In this document: in pieces, positions 25,657 to 32,000 of the stretch
How positions within the stretch are numbered: position 1 is the first letter of the stretch
Layout: the number at the start of each line of letters is the position of its first letter
DNA from: Cronobacter phage vB_Cdu_VP8
Sequence record: OQ361773.1
Strand: one strand, 5' to 3'
DNA length: 32,000 nt
The notes under the pieces: model-generated
Database searches by the model: none
What the model saw: the letters and a program-made list of their open reading frames with translations, nothing else
Told to the model about the DNA's origin: nothing
Position numbers and translations under genes: made by a program

Positions 25657-25847
25657 TTCATGACGGACCAGATCAACATGATAACCCAGCCGATACCTGT
25701 CCAGTTGGTAAACAGACTACCAACAAAAATCGCTGTGGTTTGCTTATGTTTGCGAGCTACCGCAACAATCCACGGCAACATGTACACTACGAATGCAAAA
25801 GCTAATCCTACCAGACCTTCGATCATTTTTTCAGTTTCTCCATGCAA
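25653..25847 (-). CDS. imm: superinfection immunity (Imm-like) membrane protein, 64 aa
   Basis: YMLPWIVAVARKHKQTTAIFVGSLFTNWTGIGWVIMLIWSVMK matches the (P)..A..RKH....I...N...GWT.IGWV..L.W pattern; T4 imm lies between 42 and 43. Confidence 0.75.
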   Translation of the reverse strand: MHGETEKMIEGLVGLAFAFVVYMLPWIVAVARKHKQTTAIFVGSLFTNWTGIGWVIMLIWSVMK

Positions 25848-26269
25848 TTGTTATAAACATTTTCTTTGTTGTATTTTCGAGCGAGAGAGAAGTCACCGGT
25901 ATTCATTGCACGAGAGATGACTTGCATTTCACCAATTTCAGCTGCAGCAACACAGGCTTCTTCAGGTGTTGATTTGACTCCACGATTTTCATGACGCGCT
26001 TTATCAGCAGCCATAGCTTCATCCCATTGACGGCGTTGTTCCTGAGCGTACTTTTCAGCTTCGGCGTAGCGACCTGAATTGACTTGTCGATTTTCACGGA
26101 CATATGCGATGCCAACTCCAGGTGCCACTCGCAGATTTCGATTTGTGTCCGCTTGGGTGTACACAGGGGTGCTCATTTCTGCAGCTGAGAACTCTTTCTC
26201 TAGTCGTTCTAAGGTCGCACAACCAGTCAACATGGAGACTGCTACTGCTAGGACTGCTAAACGTTTCAT
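25823..26269 (-). CDS. lipoprotein, 148 aa
   Basis: MKRLAVLAVAVSMLTGC lipobox. Confidence 0.8.
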   Translation of the reverse strand: MKRLAVLAVAVSMLTGCATLERLEKEFSAAEMSTPVYTQADTNRNLRVAPGVGIAYVRENRQVNSGRYAEAEKYAQEQRRQWDEAMAADKARHENRGVKSTPEEACVAAAEIGEMQVISRAMNTGDFSLARKYNKENVYNNCMEKLKK

Positions 26270-26273
26270 GATC

Positions 26274-26519
26274 TTATCCTCTCGATAATTTGTTCAGTTG
26301 GTATTCTGCTTGGTACTGCTCGAGCCGTTTCTTGCCAGCTGGAGTAGTGATGTAGTAGATGTCTGAATCATCTGACGCAGCTTCTATCAGGTAGTTCTTT
26401 CTCAAACACTCGGTAACAATTCGAGTGATGTCTGTGTGAGCAGGTTCATTGATATCGACATTGAACCCATTCGATTTTGAAGCGAAATAAAGCACTTTCT
26501 CTTCAGAATACTTTTTCAT
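26274..26519 (-). CDS. hypothetical protein, 81 aa
   Basis: ORF, ATGA overlap. Confidence 0.75.
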   Translation of the reverse strand: MKKYSEEKVLYFASKSNGFNVDINEPAHTDITRIVTECLRKNYLIEAASDDSDIYYITTPAGKKRLEQYQAEYQLNKLSRG

Positions 26520-26920
26520 ACGTTTTCCATTTTGGAGCAGTTATGAGTGTACAACCAAAGTCTGTCATCTGCCATGATGGTAAAGACTGGTTGACCAGGT
26601 GCTTGAACAAAATACGCTCGTTGCATAGTGACCATCACTTTACGTAGTTGACCGTTGACTTCCATCGGAATTATAGTAGGATAACTTTGATTGATAACGG
26701 CTCCGTTATCCAGAGTTTTGGTGTTCATGTACGATTCAGTTTCGAACTCTACACCTGAACCGAAGATTTTGATGCTGAAGCCAGAGTCGTATTCTTTGAC
26801 AGTTGCGATCGAACTTTCACCATTGTTCTTGTCAGTGATTTGGCAAGAAAATGTTGAGGCAAAAGTTGCTGGTGTTGCGAGCAACAGAGCCAGAGTCAAA
26901 GATTGCAGTTTACGTTTCAT
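26516..26920 (-). CDS. secreted/periplasmic hypothetical protein, 134 aa
   Basis: MKRKLQSLTLALLLATPATFAST signal peptide. Confidence 0.8.
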   Translation of the reverse strand: MKRKLQSLTLALLLATPATFASTFSCQITDKNNGESSIATVKEYDSGFSIKIFGSGVEFETESYMNTKTLDNGAVINQSYPTIIPMEVNGQLRKVMVTMQRAYFVQAPGQPVFTIMADDRLWLYTHNCSKMENV

Positions 26921-26924
26921 CGTA

Positions 26925-27095
26925 TCACCATTTGAATGAGCGATTTGAGTAGTTGGAATCTGCTTTACTGGACTTCTGACCAGGTTTGCCGATGCCGATT
27001 TTGACGGTAGAACGAGTAGTGAGTTTGTCTTTACGTTCAGAGGCAGTCATTTTCTTTGGTTCGTATTGACCTACTAACAGTTCGTACATGTTCAT
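26925..27095 (-). CDS. small basic hypothetical protein (start trimmed to MNMYELLVGQYEPKK)
   Basis: ORF downstream of promoter at 27134-27161. Confidence 0.65.
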   Translation of the reverse strand: MNMYELLVGQYEPKKMTASERKDKLTTRSTVKIGIGKPGQKSSKADSNYSNRSFKW

Positions 27096-27133
27096 TTTGA
27101 TGCTCCATAGTTGTTTCGTTTTTGATAAGGCTA

Positions 27134-27161
27134 TAATATCACATCCTTGTGATATGTAAAC
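27134..27161 (-). promoter_or_regulatory. early-type promoter: GTTTACA, 16-nt spacer, TATTAT
   Basis: plus strand tgtaaa (27156-27161), ataata (27134-27139); intergenic downstream of gene 43. Confidence 0.65.
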
Positions 27162-27173
27162 AACAATTTTCAA

Positions 27174-29882
27174 CTAAATGTCAAAAAGATCTGTCAGAGA
27201 TGCTTTCTTCTCGTAGTCGAGTGGAGCAAACTCGGTGATGGAATCCAACGGAGATTGGAACGTTTTCTTGAACAGAGTGTAGAAATCAATGTATGGAATC
27301 AGTGCATCTTCTAGCTCTTTCGGCATCTTCAACCCTGATGGCCATGAAATTGATGCTTCCATCAACGGGTTACGGTCCATCAATGGCAGCATCATGACCT
27401 TTTCACCTTCACGGATTTGGTCGATACCCTCATAGTTATTAACGAATCGGTTGTATGCCAAAACTCCTTTGATGTGCTTAGGACAACCTTTGATTGGATA
27501 ACCCATTGAATCACTGTACTTAGCGATGTTGTTCGCGCTAGACACGGATGCAATATCAATGTACGGTAACTCTGGGAATTTACGTTCGAACTCTTGATAA
27601 TAAGCCTGTAACGAACTTTCACCTTCCTGCAACATACGACGAATGCACTCTTTCAATGCCTTACGTACTGCTTGAGGTGTACTTGAACGTTGAGTTTCGA
27701 GACCCATGATTTTCAGTTTTGGATCAGCATATCGAGTTCCTTCGTTGTCCCACACGTTCAATGCATAACGTTTCTTAGCTGTCCAGAATCCACCGATTCC
27801 GTCAGAACCGAGTGGTGGTCCAGCAATAACTTCGCGGTCCATGAACATCAAGTGTTCTTTGTTGTTCATGTAGACACACAGTTCACGGAATGCTTTATCT
27901 ATTGCAGGTTCAAGTTTTTCTTTTGCGAACTTATCAAAGAAGTCCACAATCTGAGTGGTATCGCGGAATTTACCTTCGCCGCCGACTCGTTCGACGAGCT
28001 TGTCCATATGGATGTAGATGGAGTCAGTATCACCATACATTACGAAGGTTTCATTCGTTGTTCCACAAACCTTGTTCATATATTCATTCACATTTCGTTC
28101 AATCCATTGTAGAGCAAGTTGACCGAACAATGTGATGGCTGATGCGTTACGCAAATCATAGTAACGGAAGTGAATGTTGCCAAGTGCACCATAAAGACTG
28201 TTGATCAAAATCTTACGGTTTTGTTGAGCAGTATCGGCTGCCATAGAACCACGTTCACACTTATCAAGCAACGCAACCAGTGCGGTTTTCGACAATTCAT
28301 GTAGTTTAGATTTAACTTCTTCTGGGAAATCAGTGTTAACATCCACGTCGATTTCATCAAGATTGCCACGAATGTTGTGCATTGCTTCTTTTACGAGTTC
28401 TGCATTTCGATCACATGTCAACATGATCTTTTTCTGACCTTTACGTTGCAAGAACACCTTGGTGATTTCAACTGGGATTACGCCATCAATTGATTTGTCG
28501 TACATCCATCCGTTTGGAGAGCAACTGTACACATCACTTGGTCGAGGTGCTGTACCCGCAATATAGTCTTCCATTGGAGCTAACGGGAATGAACCAACAA
28601 TCGTTTCTGGAGAAATACCAACTTGTCGAATGATCGACGGATACAGAGACGTTAAGTCAGCAGAGATAATCCAACGATATGCACCTGGTTTTGGCTCTTT
28701 TACAAATGCACCTGGATATTGTTGTTTAACATGTTGCTTAGCTTCAGGAATGACTCGTTTCTGTTCCTTCAAACTATTGAAGATAATCGCATCCCAAGTT
28801 TTGATTGGACTAAACACTGCTTTGAATGGAATACGAGCATAATATGCCAGAGAAAGTGCTAGTTCAATGAACTGACGACGATCATCAATTTGTTGTACAC
28901 GAGCAACGTCGATGATGTTATATGAGATGTATCGTTGGTGGTTTGCTGCACGTAATTTACCAATCGGACCATCATATTCCAACTTACCAACACCAAGTTC
29001 ATGTTCAGCTACATAGTCCAGACGCATTGATGCTAGTGTAGTGAAGCTGAATTTTACGTATAACTGCATATAGTCGAGAATCGATACACCAAGAATGTCA
29101 TAAACAATCTTTTCGCCGTAAAGGTTTGTGACGATTTTCGAGTTGATTTTACCGAGAGGTGACATGCGATTGACTACTGATTTTCCACACACAGTTTCAA
29201 TACGACGGATAATGTATGGAATATCAAAACCTTCAACGTTCCAACCAGTAAAGATGACTGGCGGTTTTTCATGCCATAGCTGAACATAGTTAAGCAACAA
29301 TTCTTTTTCAGAATCGAATGGCATATAAACGACTTTGTCTAACAATTCCTGTGGAACTTCATCACCACCTTCAGATTCTGCTTTCGCTGCTTTGCGGATG
29401 CACCATTCATCGACCGTTCCTTGACCTGAATGAATCAAATCAAATACGTAAAACTTGTCGTCAATTGAATCGTAGTGAGTGATGGCATCGATTTCATATT
29501 TTGCTTCAAGAGGGTTTGGAAATTCAGGTGCAGTTACCTCAATGTCCATGTTCGCTACACGGATAAGACGGCGATCATAAACAATATTCGAGCCATATGT
29601 GTCTGAAATGTATGCGAGTTTGAAATCGTCCATACCAAGCACTTCAAGCCCAGTATCGTTCATCGTACGGCGCCATTCTTTGGCTTCTTTAATTGATGCA
29701 AAATTCTTGGACTGACAATATTTGCCATAAATGTCTTTGTACGGTGTTACCTGACCTGGCATAACATGGTGGAACAGTGTCGGCTGATATCGAATTTCAC
29801 GAGTTCTTTCTTTACCATTTTCGTCGATGTAACGTTCATGGATAGTATCACCTAACTGCTCGACAGACAAGAAGTATTCCAT
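27174..29882 (-). CDS. 43: family B DNA polymerase gp43, ~902 aa (start trimmed to MEYFLSVEQLGD)
   Basis: FDIEVT-like MDIEVTAPEF, DLTSLYPSIIRQV, KILINSLYGALGN, YGDTDSIY, C-terminal YEKKASLTDLFD; matches T4/RB69 gp43. Confidence 0.97.
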   Translation of the reverse strand: MEYFLSVEQLGDTIHERYIDENGKERTREIRYQPTLFHHVMPGQVTPYKDIYGKYCQSKNFASIKEAKEWRRTMNDTGLEVLGMDDFKLAYISDTYGSNIVYDRRLIRVANMDIEVTAPEFPNPLEAKYEIDAITHYDSIDDKFYVFDLIHSGQGTVDEWCIRKAAKAESEGGDEVPQELLDKVVYMPFDSEKELLLNYVQLWHEKPPVIFTGWNVEGFDIPYIIRRIETVCGKSVVNRMSPLGKINSKIVTNLYGEKIVYDILGVSILDYMQLYVKFSFTTLASMRLDYVAEHELGVGKLEYDGPIGKLRAANHQRYISYNIIDVARVQQIDDRRQFIELALSLAYYARIPFKAVFSPIKTWDAIIFNSLKEQKRVIPEAKQHVKQQYPGAFVKEPKPGAYRWIISADLTSLYPSIIRQVGISPETIVGSFPLAPMEDYIAGTAPRPSDVYSCSPNGWMYDKSIDGVIPVEITKVFLQRKGQKKIMLTCDRNAELVKEAMHNIRGNLDEIDVDVNTDFPEEVKSKLHELSKTALVALLDKCERGSMAADTAQQNRKILINSLYGALGNIHFRYYDLRNASAITLFGQLALQWIERNVNEYMNKVCGTTNETFVMYGDTDSIYIHMDKLVERVGGEGKFRDTTQIVDFFDKFAKEKLEPAIDKAFRELCVYMNNKEHLMFMDREVIAGPPLGSDGIGGFWTAKKRYALNVWDNEGTRYADPKLKIMGLETQRSSTPQAVRKALKECIRRMLQEGESSLQAYYQEFERKFPELPYIDIASVSSANNIAKYSDSMGYPIKGCPKHIKGVLAYNRFVNNYEGIDQIREGEKVMMLPLMDRNPLMEASISWPSGLKMPKELEDALIPYIDFYTLFKKTFQSPLDSITEFAPLDYEKKASLTDLFDI

Positions 29883-29977
29883 TTGTTTCCTCAGTAGTTT
29901 AACGTCCAGGTTGCTCGGACACGGTTGATTCTCCAAATAATTATAACAAATGGGAGCACACAGGCTCCCATTGGCAT

Positions 29978-30346
29978 TTAATTTCCAATCTTGTACTTGT
30001 GCACAAGGTTCCATTGATCTTTTTGTTTGTGACTGATCACGCGGAAGTTGTTGACTTGTTCGTTTATTTTTTCACCAGCTTTATGAACAATTCGACACAG
30101 ATTCCATTGTTCAAGCAGTTGAGCGATAGAGTCTCTCCGTTGGAAATCTTCATCTGTGATTTCAACTGGTCGACCATCCAACTTCAAGAGTTCCTTGAAG
30201 TGCACGACATAATACAGTCCTTGTTTTTGCAGAATATGACAAGACTGATAAAGAGTCTTGGTCTTGTTATTTGCAATACCCATACGAGTCAGAGTCTCGC
30301 GGATTTTCAAAAAGTCATCTTTCTTGATTAATTCGATCTGTAACAT
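29978..30346 (-). CDS. regA: RegA translational repressor (start trimmed to MLQIELIKK)
   Basis: KIRETLTRMGIANNKTKTLYQSCHILQKQGLYYVVHFKELL...NNFRVISHKQK.QW.LV.KY.IGN. Confidence 0.97.
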   Translation of the reverse strand: MLQIELIKKDDFLKIRETLTRMGIANNKTKTLYQSCHILQKQGLYYVVHFKELLKLDGRPVEITDEDFQRRDSIAQLLEQWNLCRIVHKAGEKINEQVNNFRVISHKQKDQWNLVHKYKIGN

Positions 30347-30350
30347 ATCA

Positions 30351-30938
30351 TTACCACTTTTCAATGAATTTGGTCAATTTCTTCTGATCAGCCTTGTTGG
30401 CGGTCACAGTTTTGACAAAGGATTCGTTCGCCATGAATTTCAAGCTGTGCAGTACTTTTTCAAGATTTCCTTTTTGACGGAATAAACCAAGATAATCGTA
30501 ACCACCTGCAATACTCAAATTCCATCTGTCGGCGAACAGCTTAGCCATGCACTTGTCTTCCAAGTCTTCATGGAGTTTTGCCCACTTACCGTACCGTTTC
30601 CCTTGGCGAATAGTTGCCAAATAATAATTCAAATGCATTTGATCAGACATTCCTGCACCGATCAAGTTCATAACATAAACTGAATCCATACAATCAGCAT
30701 GTTGACTCAACGCCAAATCGATCCAGTTTTTGCTGTAATCCGAATCAATATTAAGAGTCTTGTGCTCTTTGGTCTGTGTGATTCGGTCTAGTGTTTCAAA
30801 GAGTTCATTACCTTTTGATTGAGGCTTAAACTCTTCGTCAACTAATTTTTGGATTGCATCATAATCTTTTTGCATCCATGCGAGCTCATGGGGATTGAGC
30901 TCGACCTCTTCTTCACCCATCAGACTCGCTAGACTCAT
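30351..30938 (-). CDS. 62: clamp loader small subunit gp62
   Basis: position between 44 and regA; size 195 aa; NLIGAGMSDQMHLNYYL...GKWAKLHEDLEDKCMAKLFADRWNLS. Confidence 0.93.
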   Translation of the reverse strand: MSLASLMGEEEVELNPHELAWMQKDYDAIQKLVDEEFKPQSKGNELFETLDRITQTKEHKTLNIDSDYSKNWIDLALSQHADCMDSVYVMNLIGAGMSDQMHLNYYLATIRQGKRYGKWAKLHEDLEDKCMAKLFADRWNLSIAGGYDYLGLFRQKGNLEKVLHSLKFMANESFVKTVTANKADQKKLTKFIEKW

Positions 30939-31894
30939 TTCCAGGTCAACTCCATGGTTAACTGTAACAACATGTAGAAGATGTGGATTTCTGCGTTCGC
31001 AGCCATACCGTAGTACTGGTTCGATTCACCAACGATCTGGTACATACGAACAATTGAAGATGAATCCAACATTCCATACAATGAACTAGTCAACGATTGG
31101 ATGAAATCCGAATAGTTGCCAGCATATTGAGGTGCTAGATTGCGAAGTTCTTTGACTTTCTTTTCTTTGATTGCTTCGATTACAGTGTCGATTGTGGTTT
31201 TCTGAGTTACGATTGACAGAATACCAGCATCGATTTTACCATGTTTGGAGTACCAGTCCAGTTCACCGACTGTTTTACGAAAATCTGGGAAGTTCTTCTT
31301 GACAAGTGCTGCTAATACAGTCATGTCCTCAACTATGAGGTTTTCTGTTTTGCAGATCTCAGCACAACGACGAATCATTTCCTTCATCATCGTTACTTTT
31401 TCTTCTTCAGATGCTTTACCGAATTTGACTACTCGACAACGAGATTTCAATGGATCAATGATTTTCGAGATGTCGTTACAGGTGATTACGAACGAACAGT
31501 TAAACGAATATGCTTCCATCATTGAACGTAAGTGTTTCTGTGATTCTGTCAACGAACCGCGGTCAAATTCATCGATGATGACAACTTTGTGTCGTCCACC
31601 TAATGAACCAGCACTTGCAAATTCTGCGATTGGGCCACGGAGGAAGTTCAACGTGCAGTTTGAACCGTTGACCATCATGTATTCGTTGTCTGCTTCTAAA
31701 CACAGAGTTTCGGCTAAGGTAGTTTTACCTGTACCTGGTGATGCGGATTCGAGGATTAAATGAGGGATTTTCTTGCTCTTTGCGATGGTTTTAAAAATCT
31801 TCTTGTCTGCTGCAGGAAGTACCATCTCATCCAATGTACGCGGACGATATTTTTGTTCAAATGCGAATTCTTGTTCATTTACTGATAAAGTCAT
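30935..31894 (-). CDS. 44: clamp loader large subunit gp44 (AAA+)
   Basis: EQKYRPRTLDEMVLPAADK, ESASPGTGKTTLAE, VVIIDEFDRG, sensor region FVITCNDISKII. Confidence 0.97.
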   Translation of the reverse strand: MTLSVNEQEFAFEQKYRPRTLDEMVLPAADKKIFKTIAKSKKIPHLILESASPGTGKTTLAETLCLEADNEYMMVNGSNCTLNFLRGPIAEFASAGSLGGRHKVVIIDEFDRGSLTESQKHLRSMMEAYSFNCSFVITCNDISKIIDPLKSRCRVVKFGKASEEEKVTMMKEMIRRCAEICKTENLIVEDMTVLAALVKKNFPDFRKTVGELDWYSKHGKIDAGILSIVTQKTTIDTVIEAIKEKKVKELRNLAPQYAGNYSDFIQSLTSSLYGMLDSSSIVRMYQIVGESNQYYGMAANAEIHIFYMLLQLTMELTWK

Positions 31895-31910
31895 AATATC
31901 CTCTTCAAAT

Positions 31911-31928
31911 CAAAGGCTCCGTAGAGCC
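31911..31928 (-). terminator. hairpin between genes 45 and 44
   Basis: minus-strand GGCTC-TACG-GAGCC-TTTG; T4 also has an attenuating hairpin here. Confidence 0.6.
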
Positions 31929-31929
31929 A

Positions 31930-32000
31930 TTAGAAACTATGTTTAGAAGTTGCTTCAGTTGCTACTACATAGCTAATTTTATCACCTTCGAATTTAACAG
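31930..32000 (-). CDS. 45: sliding clamp gp45, C-terminal fragment (runs off window)
   Basis: VKFEGDKISYVVATEATSKHSF-stop resembles the T4 gp45 C-terminus (VRFEGSKVSYVVALESDTSHNF); upstream of 44. Confidence 0.9.
   Translation of the reverse strand, partial: VKFEGDKISYVVATEATSKHSF

Noticed and set aside
25903-26115. 70-aa minus-strand ORF inside the lipoprotein gene
   Set aside because: Fully internal alternative frame
29934-29973. Inverted repeat (AATGGGAGC...GCTCCCATT) between regA and gp43 as a strong terminator
   Set aside because: Stem is good (9 bp) but the following minus-strand T-run is very short (TTTG); may be a weak attenuator or mRNA element, so not listed as a terminator
29883-30014. 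N-terminal extension of gp43 (MEPCAQVQDWKLNAN...)
   Set aside because: Homology to T4/RB69 gp43 starts at MEYFLSVEQLG; the extension overlaps the end of regA and the leader/SD
208-31763. About forty plus-strand ORFs of 60-172 aa in the track (for example 6986..7486, 31245..31763, 14867..15103)
   Set aside because: All are antisense to well-supported minus-strand genes or lie across them, with no recognizable domains; expected shadow ORFs of codon-biased genes
1-32000. CRISPR arrays, tRNA genes, transposons, integrase or retron-like elements
   Set aside because: No regularly spaced direct repeats, cloverleaf-like genes or mobile-element proteins noticed by eye; intergenic space is minimal

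Overview
The window reads as the replication/nucleotide-metabolism core of a T4-like myophage (Straboviridae-type). Essentially all genes are on the minus strand. Reading from high to low coordinates, in transcription order: gp45 C-terminus, gp44, gp62, regA, gp43 DNA polymerase, small early genes, Imm-like superinfection immunity protein, NMAD1-like protein, gp42 dCMP hydroxymethylase, an unassigned 310-aa ORF, a GT-A-like glycosyltransferase, a beta-glucosyltransferase homologue, uvsX, a gene-40-position ORF, gp41, many small ORFs, gp61 primase, gp56 dCTPase, small ORFs, a candidate ADP-ribosyltransferase at the mod-gene position, an HNH-like ORF, dda, dexA, a MazG-like ORF, small ORFs, gp39-type topoisomerase, small ORFs and rIIA. 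Most promising observations: (1) a candidate cytosine hypermodification cassette (gp42, BGT homologue, GT-A-like protein, unassigned 310-aa ORF, NMAD1-like ORF); (2) a divergent R-S-ExE ADP-ribosyltransferase candidate; (3) a small P-loop protein strikingly like the EF-Tu N-terminus/G1 region; (4) four short ORFs below the ORF-track cutoff, all with coupled ATGA junctions, including an RMF-like 54-aa ORF; (5) rIIA split by a one-base frame change; (6) a family of early-type promoters, two carrying an identical 11-bp-arm palindrome overlapping the promoter; (7) a compound bulged stem-loop in the gap between the topoisomerase and the following operon. All homology calls are from recalled family sequences and motifs; no database search was run.
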